A DNA stretch of 64,000 bases from a virus (Duplodnaviria > Caudoviricetes): positions 64,001-128,000 of IMG/VR virus record IMGVR_UViG_3300014208_000024. One strand, given 5' to 3'. Made by a program: the position numbers and the translations under genes. Shown in pieces: positions 54,758 to 64,000 of this stretch. Position 1 is the first letter of the stretch. Each line of letters opens with the position of its first letter. The notes below the pieces were generated by a model that saw nothing but the letters and a program-made list of their open reading frames with translations, made no database searches and was not told the origin of the DNA.

Positions 54758-57700
54758 TTATGACGATCTTCTGATTGTTTTTGTTCCAAAAAATCCCTCC
54801 ACATCTGTTGAAGTTAATGGTACCCCACTTCCACCAGCTGGACCAACTATGTTAAATGAAATTGTAACACTAGCCCACATCGGTTGCACTGCTCCACCAT
54901 CAAGGTTCGTTGTCCACGGAGCATTCGCATAATCATAGCTTACACTATTTACGATAATGTCGTGATCAATCCAATCTCCAAGCCTTAAATGACACACTGG
55001 GGGTTTTGTAAACGAAAATCCACCATTAGCCACATTATTTGCAGGTCTTGTCATCTTTGCTAAAAACTCCATTCTGTTTTTAAAATCAACTTTACTTCCT
55101 GAAAAATATGCAGGTTGAAATGATAAACTTTTAATCATTTCATCAACCCTTGTTTTTGTATCTGTAACTCTTGACTCTTTATATCCATCAACTGTATCGT
55201 TTTCAGATACGTGAAAATTATATATGTTGTTGTATTTTGTAGAAGATTCTGAATAATTAGTTTCATACAAACTATTTATTTTTTCTTGCGCAGAAACTTC
55301 TTCTGCATTTATTAAAGATTGATAAACACTAATTTTATCACTAAAATCGGCGTATTTATCTTCTGTTTCTGCCAATTTTGCATCATCTAACCCAATTGCC
55401 TTTGCTTCTTCATCTGTTTTGGGTAATGTATTTTCTTTTTGATAATTTTGAAATTCTTGATTTACTTTTTCTTTTTGTTCATTTAATTTTTTTATTGTTT
55501 CAGCTTTAGATGCTTCTATCGCAGCAATTGAAATTTTTGTTGATATATCTGACTTTCCTAAATCTGAAACAGTAAAATTTTTAGATGTAGCTGCATTAAT
55601 TGGGCTCATATTTTCATCTTGTTCTCTTCCTATCATAACACTTTCTGCATAGTCTGTTAATACAAAAAAAGAAATACTTCCATCTCTTGATGAATTGTTA
55701 TAAGTATAAATAGCTTCTGGTCTTCCAAGAAAATTAGTAGAGTTCCAACTAGCACCATCTGAATTTTGAAAATTACTTATATATGGAGGAAAATACATTG
55801 TGGGACCATTTGCAAGGTCAATTGAATAATTTGTGAGATAAAATAACAATTTTCCAGCCTCTAGTGGAGCATATGGATTTCTTATTGTATATTTTTGATA
55901 TGCTTTTTTGTCTTTTTTATTTTTAACTCCTATAACAAATGATTTAGATGGAGCATTTTCAACACCCTGTATGTCTTTATAGTTTAATCTAAAAGATACA
56001 GATTGTAATTCATTATCATTATTCGCTATCTTTCTAAGAATATATCTAACCCCTTTTGTTTCAGAATTAAAATCAGTAGTATCCAAAGGATTTCCTGGTC
56101 TTGTTTTAAATCCTATATTTTTGTTATCATAGTCTCCGTAAGATGCATCAAAAGATTTTTCTACATCACCATTAAAATAAACTCCACTTGGAGCATTTAA
56201 GGATTTTGATACATATTTTGATATTCTATTTCTCCTTTCTTCTGTGAATAACGCAAGTGAATTTATTAAATCCAACAAAGATTTATCTTCGTTGTCGTTT
56301 AAAGAACTAGATGTTTGTGCTATTGAATATATTTTCTGATATATATCCCCTGGAGAAGTTGATTTTTCGGTTGTATTTAAGTTTCCATTATTTAAATACA
56401 TAAATGCATTGGAATATTTTAAATACTCTCTAATTTCTCTATTAATATTTTTTTCATCATAAACCCTACTAATTGAAGAATTCATTGAACTTTCAAAACT
56501 TTTTCCAGTTATTTTTTTATTACCCAATTCATAATCTATTGTTTTTGATACAAAGTCGTTTAAATAATCTATAGAAAAAGCATTTAACATTTTCATAGAA
56601 ACAATTGACCCATCATATGCATTTTTTAAACTTCTTTCTATTGGAGATATAATGTTCTGATTAAAATTTAATGTTGCATTTATGCTATCTGCTGGAGTAA
56701 ATGGCAATGCTTTAAAATCAATAATTTCCCCCAAACTTGGAACTTTCAAAGTATTTTGTAACAACATACCACCCTGTCCATACTGCAAAACCTTTTGGTC
56801 TGAATAATAATCTGAAATACTTCCACCACCTCCGCCAGCAATATATTTGTTTTTTTTCGAATATCCACCACCAGCATTACCTAAAAGATTATTTTCCCTA
56901 ATATCTTTCACCGATGTTTGATTTCCAAGTGTAGCATAAGTATATTGATTTATAAAAGGATTATTTATATAATAATCACTCTCATCATTTCCAACACTCT
57001 CTTCTTTATATTTTCTATTTCTTAAAGTTAGCAAGTTTCTAAAAATTAACCCTTGAGCCCAAACTCCAGAAACGCCAATAAACATTGAGGTTCCGAAAGG
57101 TCCTACCACATTAACCCCCAGTTGTCCAAGACCAACGTTTTTACTTAAATTTTTTTCTCTTTCATTTTCTCCGCCACTCACCCCTCCATATTGATCAAAG
57201 TGTTTATCAATAGTTTGATTTGATGTTACGTTCTTTGATAAATTATATTTTTTTTCATTTCCTGGAGAACTTAATGTTCCATATTGATCAACATGCAAAT
57301 CAATAGTTTGAGACCCATGAACGTTGCTTGACAACTCATTGTTTCTAAATGCTACAGAATCTGTTTCAATATCTGTTGCAATCGGAACGTTAGATGTTAA
57401 ATTTTCTTCTCTATAAAGAACAGAGTCAACTTCCAAATCAATTACAGCTGGAGTGTTAGCTGCCAAATCAACATCTCTATATGTGACAGAATCAGTTTCT
57501 AAATTAGTTACAATTGGAGTGTTATATGCCAATTCATTACTTCTAAATGCTGCAGAATATGTTTCTAGATCTGTTATTGTTGGAACATTAGAAGATAAAT
57601 TTTCATCTCTATAATTAACAGAATCGTTTTCTAAGTCAGAATTAATCGGTGAATTTGCTGACAAATCTCCTTCTCTATAAAAAATAGAATCATCTTCCAG

Positions 57701-59236
57701 ACTTGTTGTTTTTGGAACATTAGCAGACAAATCCCCATCTCTATAGCCAACAGAATCATTTTCCAAATTTGTTGTTATTGGAACATTTATAGAAAGTTCA
57801 CTGTCTCTAAACGGAGCAGACTTAGTTTCAAGATTTGTTATTACAGAAACATTCTGTGATAAATTTTTAACTCTATAATTTTCATTTTCTTTTTCTAAAT
57901 CTGTTTCTTTTAGGGTGTTCATTGATAAATCACCATTTCTAAATTCCTTAGAATCTTTTTCTACATCTGTTTCTTTTGAAACATTGTATGATAAATTTGC
58001 CTTTTGGTACCCTATTGAATCCAAAGATAAATCCGTTGTCTTTTTAACATTATTTGATAACTCTCCATCTCTAAATTCTTTGGATAACTTTTCTATATCT
58101 GTTTCTTTTGAAACATTATTCGACAATTCATTATTTCTATATGTTGCAGACTCTTTTTCTAAATCATGCTCAATAGAATTGTTTGCCGATAAATCTGCAT
58201 TTCTAAAATTAGCCGAATCTGTTTCTAAATCCCTCTCTTTTGTTTTGTTACGTGAAAGTTCAGATTCTCTAAACACTAAAGAATCTGTTGTTAAATCAGA
58301 ATTTTTTAAAACATTATTTGATAATTCTTCTTTTCTAAATTCTGTAGAATCTTTTTCAAGATCAGAGTTTTTTGAAACGTTATCTGATAAATTTTCTTTT
58401 CTAAATTGTAAAGAACTTTCTTCTAAGTTTATATCCTTAGATGCGTTTTTTGACAAATCTTCTTTCCTAAATTTTTCAGAATCTATTGATAAATCAGAAG
58501 TTTTTATAACGTTGACAGATAAATCATCTTTTCTAAATTGTGATGAACTGCTTTCTAAATCAGAGGTTTTTTGTTTATTTAAAGTTAATTCATTTTCTCT
58601 GAATTTTGATGAAACTTTTTCTAAATCTATATCTTTTGATGGGTTTTTTGATAAATCTTCTTTTCTATAATCTTTAGAATCATCAATCAAATCTTTTAAC
58701 TTTGATACATTGTGACTTAAATTTTCTTCCCTGTATTGCGTTTGACTTTCGCTTAATTCTTTTTCTGAATTTGGATTAGTTTTGTTTTTTGAAATATTTT
58801 TATTTTTATAACTCTCAGAGTCTTTAGATAAATCACTTAAAGAACTTGTGTTTTTACTTAACAAATCCTTGCGTTTTTTTTCAAAAGATTCTAATAGTTC
58901 TATTGAATTTTTATGAAGAGTATCTCTTGCAATTAAAGATTTTCTAAAATCTTCCGATTGTTCTTCCAGGGATGTTATTTTTTCTATTGCTTTAGCCAAC
59001 TGTTCATTTCTTATCTCTTCAGAAATTTTATCTAAATTTGTGTTGAAAACATTTGAGTTTTTACTCAACATTTCTTTTTTTACAGAAGGATAGAATACGT
59101 CGTAAAGACTCTGGGGCTTTGCCAAATTCTTTGACATCAATTTATTTCTAATTTCAGATGAAAATTCACCAAAAAATTGGTTAACTTTATCCTCCATACT
59201 CTGTCTTTCTTCTTCGTAATCAAAATTTGTATACAT
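54758..59236 (-). CDS. tail protein with 22-aa repeat array and C-terminal tube-initiator-like domain
   Basis: About 26 repeats; FPPYI..W.STNFLGRPEAIYTY..RDGSISF and PPVCHLRLGD motifs. Confidence 0.7.
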   Translation of the reverse strand: MYTNFDYEEERQSMEDKVNQFFGEFSSEIRNKLMSKNLAKPQSLYDVFYPSVKKEMLSKNSNVFNTNLDKISEEIRNEQLAKAIEKITSLEEQSEDFRKSLIARDTLHKNSIELLESFEKKRKDLLSKNTSSLSDLSKDSESYKNKNISKNKTNPNSEKELSESQTQYREENLSHNVSKLKDLIDDSKDYRKEDLSKNPSKDIDLEKVSSKFRENELTLNKQKTSDLESSSSQFRKDDLSVNVIKTSDLSIDSEKFRKEDLSKNASKDINLEESSLQFRKENLSDNVSKNSDLEKDSTEFRKEELSNNVLKNSDLTTDSLVFRESELSRNKTKERDLETDSANFRNADLSANNSIEHDLEKESATYRNNELSNNVSKETDIEKLSKEFRDGELSNNVKKTTDLSLDSIGYQKANLSYNVSKETDVEKDSKEFRNGDLSMNTLKETDLEKENENYRVKNLSQNVSVITNLETKSAPFRDSELSINVPITTNLENDSVGYRDGDLSANVPKTTSLEDDSIFYREGDLSANSPINSDLENDSVNYRDENLSSNVPTITDLETYSAAFRSNELAYNTPIVTNLETDSVTYRDVDLAANTPAVIDLEVDSVLYREENLTSNVPIATDIETDSVAFRNNELSSNVHGSQTIDLHVDQYGTLSSPGNEKKYNLSKNVTSNQTIDKHFDQYGGVSGGENEREKNLSKNVGLGQLGVNVVGPFGTSMFIGVSGVWAQGLIFRNLLTLRNRKYKEESVGNDESDYYINNPFINQYTYATLGNQTSVKDIRENNLLGNAGGGYSKKNKYIAGGGGGSISDYYSDQKVLQYGQGGMLLQNTLKVPSLGEIIDFKALPFTPADSINATLNFNQNIISPIERSLKNAYDGSIVSMKMLNAFSIDYLNDFVSKTIDYELGNKKITGKSFESSMNSSISRVYDEKNINREIREYLKYSNAFMYLNNGNLNTTEKSTSPGDIYQKIYSIAQTSSSLNDNEDKSLLDLINSLALFTEERRNRISKYVSKSLNAPSGVYFNGDVEKSFDASYGDYDNKNIGFKTRPGNPLDTTDFNSETKGVRYILRKIANNDNELQSVSFRLNYKDIQGVENAPSKSFVIGVKNKKDKKAYQKYTIRNPYAPLEAGKLLFYLTNYSIDLANGPTMYFPPYISNFQNSDGASWNSTNFLGRPEAIYTYNNSSRDGSISFFVLTDYAESVMIGREQDENMSPINAATSKNFTVSDLGKSDISTKISIAAIEASKAETIKKLNEQKEKVNQEFQNYQKENTLPKTDEEAKAIGLDDAKLAETEDKYADFSDKISVYQSLINAEEVSAQEKINSLYETNYSESSTKYNNIYNFHVSENDTVDGYKESRVTDTKTRVDEMIKSLSFQPAYFSGSKVDFKNRMEFLAKMTRPANNVANGGFSFTKPPVCHLRLGDWIDHDIIVNSVSYDYANAPWTTNLDGGAVQPMWASVTISFNIVGPAGGSGVPLTSTDVEGFFGTKTIRRSS
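57300..59000 (-). repeat. 66-nt (22-aa) degenerate coding repeat array
   Basis: Consensus about K-T-x-D-L-E-x-D-S-x-x-F/Y-R-x-x-x-L-S-x-N-V-x; about 26 units counted by eye. Confidence 0.85.
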
Positions 59237-59277
59237 TTATTTGACTTTTTTATAAATAATCAAATTAAAAAAATACA

Positions 59278-62200
59278 TTAAGAATATTTTTGTGTATCTT
59301 TAACCATTACTTCTTGTAATACTCTACCATTTGCTACAAGTTGAACTACAATTGGTCTTCCTTCTCCAGAAGTGGTGGTCTTTTCTTTTTCTCCACTTCC
59401 AGTCATTCTTCCAATTGCATCTATAACAGCAACCATAGCAGTCATTGCTCCACCTGCAAGGGCAGCAAGAGACATTGCACCAGAAAATTCTCTTAATTCT
59501 TCAAGTTTTGCTAAATCTAATTTTGACAAAGAATCACTCAATTTCATAACCCCACTCGCCATTGAATCCAATCCCTTTCCTCCCATTTCTAATGCTAATG
59601 ATAACGGAATTAAAACAAGTGAAATTGCAAGTAAAGTACTAATCATTAATGCCATTCCAAGTAACATAATTGGATTTACAAACAAAAGTCCAGCTAAAGC
59701 AAAAACTGCTAATCCACCAGCAACCCCCATAAGTGCAGGCCCTATTCCAGAAAAAGTACTCCAATCAACCTCTGCTAATCCTTTTAACCCAGATGATAAT
59801 ACCATAAAGCTAGCTCCAACCATAGCTAAACTAGTTGCAACCCCAACAAGTATTGCGACACCAAGTAATAGTGCTAAAATTTGCGGACCCATCATCATTG
59901 CACCAAGCACCATTAATCCAACTACAACAAGAGTTAAAATTCCGACTCCAGCCAAAACACTCATCCAATCTACATCATTCATAATTTTTGCAGCATAAGC
60001 AAATGGAATAAGTGCCAATCCAACAATACCCATTGCAAGAGCCATCATCAAAACGTTTCCTATGTTTATTTTTGCTTCACCAACTAATTTAATAGCATAA
60101 GCCATTCCAACCAATCCAGCACCCATAGCAAGTAAAATTAACGGATCACCACCCAATGCCCCAAATATAAGAGCAATTCCAGCCAATGGGATAAGAAGTG
60201 ATGTTATTGCCAACGCAAACATTCCAATCCCTTTTAAATCATATTTTCCAGCTTCTTTAAAAACCATTCCTAAAGTTTTAGCAAATCCAAACAATCCGCC
60301 TCCAGCTGTTGGTTTTACTTTTTCTGATTGAGTTGCTGCATCCGTTGCTGGAGATAATGGATTTTTTTCCCCGTTACCAACTAAGTTTTTAGCATCCATA
60401 GCTTTTTGAATTCCTCCACTTTTAAAAATATTTGATAAATTTTTTGGATTCATTGCAAAAACCATTTTTCCAAGCCCACCAACAAGAGGCGGCAACAATA
60501 AAAACAATGCCGCTGTAAGAGCTCCTAAAGATAAAATAACTCCACCTAATGGTAGTGATTTAATCCAATTAATAACAGATGTTATTCCTTGAAAAAACCA
60601 AGTTAATCCATCTAATAATGGCTGAAAAACAGTAAACATATTCAAAAGTGTGTTTTTTAGAGCGTCAAACGATTTTGTTAAACTCATGTTTTGTTTTGCT
60701 TGCTCTTCTAAGTTCTTTTCGTTTGCAGCTTTTTCTATCATTATTTTTTCTAAATCCCTTTGACTTAATTTAGACAAATCTGTAATTCCTTTTTTTCCAA
60801 AAAAACTATCTTTTAAAACCACCCCATTTATATCTACAGAATCTGCAAGTGTTGCTTTTATTGACTCTGGATCAATCAAATTTCCCTTTTCATCTTTTAT
60901 TCCATCAAATTTAAAATCTGGCATCATTTTAAGTTTTTTATTATCTGTGGCCATTTTTGCTATTCTATTTTGAATCCCCTCAACAGTTTCTCCTGTTGCT
61001 TGAGCTACTATTTCAAGCCTATCTTTATCTACTGGATCAAAAGCATATTCCATTTCTCCATTTGCATTTTTTGCAAAATGCCCAATATCTGAACCCATTT
61101 TACCTAATAATTTTTGCATTTCTTGAGGACCTTTTCTAGCTGCTGAGAGAAGCTCCATAGGATTTACTGCACTGGCAAAACTTCCACCAGCGAGTTGTAG
61201 TTGAGCGGCCATATCCATTGCTCCCTCTATGGTTCTCGCTTTTTTGGAAACATCAAATATTTCATCAACATTTTGTCCCAACCTTAATGCCATATTGGTC
61301 ATTTTTTTCAACGATTCAATTCCTCCAGTAAAACCCATAGATCTAAATCTAACAAAGTTTTTAGAAATACTCTCTATAGATTTTTTAGAACTTACTCCAA
61401 ACATTTTAGCACTCACATTTATATCAGAAAACTTTTCTTCCAACTTATCTGAACTAGCACCCATTCTCATCATTTCCGCAGACATGGTACCAATACTTTC
61501 TGCACTAGCACCAGTAGCCATTTGTACTGCTTTTAAACTATCAGCGGCGTTTGAAAGAAGGTTAAAATCAGTTGTATTTAAAGTATCACTCATTACTTCC
61601 ATCAACTTAACGGTTTCTGCAATTGACATTCCAAATTCAGCCGTTTTCATTGTTAAACTAGTCATTGCAAGTTCATTTTTAGTAAACATAATCCCAGACT
61701 GTTGTTGACCTTCGTGAATTGTATTGTCAAATTCTACCAATTTATTTATTACAATATTTTTTAGGTTTTTTGCAAATTCTAAAAGTCCTTTTTTCCAATT
61801 AAATATAGTCTTTTCCGTTTCCAATGCATTGGCAGCTAAATTTTTTACTTCTTCATTTGCTTTAGCATATTGTAACAATTGATTTTTTTGTTCTTGCGTG
61901 GTATCCTTTAAAGTACTCAAAACTAACGCAGCTTGTTTTCCTTCTTTTTTAATTAATTCATCTATTTTATTTTCTTGAATAGCGGCAATGTATCTTTGAA
62001 TTTTCCATTCATCTCCAAGAACTGATAATTCTTCAAATCCTTTTATTGATCCTATTGGTTTTTTATATTCATCTCCAATTTGTTTTGATGTTTTTAAAAT
62101 CTCTTTTATACTCTTTTGTGATAATCCAAGATTTTCTAAATCTTTTTCTTCTATTTTTTGTTTAAGTTTTAATTTTTCAAAAATTTTATCCTGCAATTCT

Positions 62201-62607
62201 TTTATTTCTGTTTCACTTTTAAATTGTGCGGCAATATTTTGCTTTTTAATAGAGTCAAACAGTTTTTGTTTTTGAGAAGTTTCATCCAACATTACTCCCA
62301 ATTTTTTTGCGCCTTTTTGAAAACCCTTAAAACTTTCATTCAAAGTAATTTCCATTATTTTTAAAGATGCATTTGCTTTTTCAAACTCTTTTGTTTGAGA
62401 AGCAATATCTTGTGATGATTTTGTTACTTTTTCGAAAAATTTTGAGCCACTCATTCCTAATAAACTCATACTGATTCCTTCCCATGAATCTTTTATGAAT
62501 TCAGTTGATTTTTCTAAATATTTTTGTTTTTTATAAAGATTATCAATAGCTTTAACTGCTTTTTGATAAGCTTCTATGTTAATATTTTGTTGATTTTTTT
62601 CTGCCAT
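59278..62607 (-). CDS. tail tape measure protein
   Basis: 1109 aa helical, Ala/Gly/Leu/Met-rich C half, upstream of baseplate genes; TATTTATA at 62621-62628. Confidence 0.82.
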   Translation of the reverse strand: MAEKNQQNINIEAYQKAVKAIDNLYKKQKYLEKSTEFIKDSWEGISMSLLGMSGSKFFEKVTKSSQDIASQTKEFEKANASLKIMEITLNESFKGFQKGAKKLGVMLDETSQKQKLFDSIKKQNIAAQFKSETEIKELQDKIFEKLKLKQKIEEKDLENLGLSQKSIKEILKTSKQIGDEYKKPIGSIKGFEELSVLGDEWKIQRYIAAIQENKIDELIKKEGKQAALVLSTLKDTTQEQKNQLLQYAKANEEVKNLAANALETEKTIFNWKKGLLEFAKNLKNIVINKLVEFDNTIHEGQQQSGIMFTKNELAMTSLTMKTAEFGMSIAETVKLMEVMSDTLNTTDFNLLSNAADSLKAVQMATGASAESIGTMSAEMMRMGASSDKLEEKFSDINVSAKMFGVSSKKSIESISKNFVRFRSMGFTGGIESLKKMTNMALRLGQNVDEIFDVSKKARTIEGAMDMAAQLQLAGGSFASAVNPMELLSAARKGPQEMQKLLGKMGSDIGHFAKNANGEMEYAFDPVDKDRLEIVAQATGETVEGIQNRIAKMATDNKKLKMMPDFKFDGIKDEKGNLIDPESIKATLADSVDINGVVLKDSFFGKKGITDLSKLSQRDLEKIMIEKAANEKNLEEQAKQNMSLTKSFDALKNTLLNMFTVFQPLLDGLTWFFQGITSVINWIKSLPLGGVILSLGALTAALFLLLPPLVGGLGKMVFAMNPKNLSNIFKSGGIQKAMDAKNLVGNGEKNPLSPATDAATQSEKVKPTAGGGLFGFAKTLGMVFKEAGKYDLKGIGMFALAITSLLIPLAGIALIFGALGGDPLILLAMGAGLVGMAYAIKLVGEAKINIGNVLMMALAMGIVGLALIPFAYAAKIMNDVDWMSVLAGVGILTLVVVGLMVLGAMMMGPQILALLLGVAILVGVATSLAMVGASFMVLSSGLKGLAEVDWSTFSGIGPALMGVAGGLAVFALAGLLFVNPIMLLGMALMISTLLAISLVLIPLSLALEMGGKGLDSMASGVMKLSDSLSKLDLAKLEELREFSGAMSLAALAGGAMTAMVAVIDAIGRMTGSGEKEKTTTSGEGRPIVVQLVANGRVLQEVMVKDTQKYS

Positions 62608-62708
62608 TATAAATTTTTATTATAAATATAACAACAAAAAAATATTTTGTAAAACAAAAAAGGGAATATGATAACACATTCCCACCCTTTTTCTTTGTTA
62701 AAGAAAAT

Positions 62709-63191
62709 TTATTTTTCTTTAATCCATTTTAACGCACTTTCATTATCCATCATGCTCAATTTTGAGTTAACATATTCTGCCGCTCTTTTGGAATGCTTTC
62801 CTCCTAAACTTTCAACTCCATCCAGTAACATTGTTGACTTTAATTCTTTTGCTGCAGTTTCATTACTCATCAAACTTATTTTCGAATTTCTATATTGTCT
62901 AACTCGCTCAATATGTTTGTGTTCATCATCACATTCACTTGGAGTACCTGCGATTATTCCTCCAATTACCTCTCCAGCTACACTTTGGGATTTAACAATA
63001 TTTATAAAAGACAAGATAAGAAACCAAACAGGAATAATCATTGAAATTTTATAAAAATTAAGCCATGGTGTACTTCCGTCATATCCTGGACGCATAACTT
63101 CCCAAGAAAAAATTTTATCATACCAAGAATTACAATTATAAAAAATTACACAACTTAATGCTAAATAAAAAATTGATTTAAATGTTTTCAT
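62709..63191 (-). CDS. membrane hypothetical protein
   Basis: Two hydrophobic segments. Confidence 0.6.
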   Translation of the reverse strand: MKTFKSIFYLALSCVIFYNCNSWYDKIFSWEVMRPGYDGSTPWLNFYKISMIIPVWFLILSFINIVKSQSVAGEVIGGIIAGTPSECDDEHKHIERVRQYRNSKISLMSNETAAKELKSTMLLDGVESLGGKHSKRAAEYVNSKLSMMDNESALKWIKEK

Positions 63192-63238
63192 TTTATTTTA
63201 ACTTATTTATTAATATATACGTAATTATATTAAAAAAG

Positions 63239-63901
63239 TTACATTTTTAAAGAATTTTTTAATGTAGAAAACATTTTTTCTTTTTTTTCTTTATCTCCTG
63301 AAGTTTCTTTAGAGGGAATGTTTTGTATAATGTTTTTTTGTGGTATTAAAAAGTTTTTTAAAGATTTTGTTATAATGTTTTTTATACCTATTTTCACAGT
63401 TTCTTCAACTAAAAAATTCATGAAATTATCAAAATATTGCATTAAATTATTTATTTCATTGTCTAATTTTTGGTTTTTAGTAGTTTGGCCAATTTTACCG
63501 TCAAATATTGATGACAAATGTATAAAAGACAAATATCCACTTATTAACCCATTGTCAATATATTTTTTAAGCAAAATAAGCTTTTGATAAAATACCCCAG
63601 TTTTTAAGTCACTTATAAATTTTTCAACAAATTCTTTTGATTCTACGCTATTAGATTCAACTTCAAATGAAATTGGTATTTTTTTTATTGTTACAAAATT
63701 TTTAAGATTTTTGTCTAATGCAAAACTTATAACATTTTTAGAAGATATTTTAAAATCGTCAATTGTTTTTGTTACAGATATTGATTTAATGTTTTTTATA
63801 ACATAATTTTCAAACAAATCGAAATATGCTCCATTTTTTAAAACCCCTATTTTTTCATATGAATTTCTAATCGTTTCCCATAAAATAGAAACATTATCCA
63901 T
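63239..63901 (-). CDS. hypothetical protein
   Basis: 220 aa ORF. Confidence 0.6.
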   Translation of the reverse strand: MDNVSILWETIRNSYEKIGVLKNGAYFDLFENYVIKNIKSISVTKTIDDFKISSKNVISFALDKNLKNFVTIKKIPISFEVESNSVESKEFVEKFISDLKTGVFYQKLILLKKYIDNGLISGYLSFIHLSSIFDGKIGQTTKNQKLDNEINNLMQYFDNFMNFLVEETVKIGIKNIITKSLKNFLIPQKNIIQNIPSKETSGDKEKKEKMFSTLKNSLKM

Positions 63902-64000
63902 ACTTGGAATTAATTTAAAAACAAAGTTTGAATCTTTGTTATTTAATTTTTTTATAATTTTAAAAATTAATATTTTATTTCTATCACCCTTTATGGTTAC

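Noticed and set aside
57915-61708. Antisense ORFs within the tail and tape measure genes (also 19637, 24584, 50103)
   Set aside because: Opposite-strand shadows of well-supported genes, with no motifs.
1-64000. Genome-wide TAG reassignment (code 15) suggested by two CUA tRNAs
   Set aside because: Long conserved genes are unbroken in code 11, and TAG ends genes at sensible positions (e.g. sigma stop 34736, 5 nt before the next ATG). Only one in-frame TAG was found.

Overview
Strongly AT-rich, gene-dense fragment of a large tailed phage (myovirus-like jumbo phage), read in the standard bacterial code. The host is probably Bacteroidota, inferred from recurring TAnnTTTG promoter boxes and A-rich, SD-less starts. 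The right half holds a replication/recombination block (Ssb, UvrD-like helicase, sigma-70, class II RNR, DnaB, 5'-3' exonuclease, RecA, short PolA) and a tail module (tape measure, 22-aa-repeat protein, LysM-like, baseplate hub). The left third is accessory: sirtuin, ClpC-like ATPase, Ro60/TROVE, phosphoesterases, about six homing-type endonucleases and a dense RNA-gene region. Best candidate for an undescribed system: a 28-codon leader peptide (8863-8949, minus) whose control codons TGG TCA TCC AGG AGA AGA AGC TCA AGT AGA are exactly those read by the nine downstream Ser/Arg/Trp tRNAs. It sits in a 1:2, 2:3, 3:4 hairpin layout ending at a terminator that abuts the first tRNA, i.e. an apparent tRNA-sensing attenuator for a phage tRNA operon. 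A second operon (13.6-10.9 kb) joins a PTH2-like gene, which has an in-frame amber at codon 3 and its stop inside a tRNA-like T loop, to anticodon-less mini-tRNAs, tRNA-like RNAs with long insertions and a CUA tRNA. Two YrlA-like Y RNAs accompany Ro60. All calls are by eye; no searches or folding programs were run.
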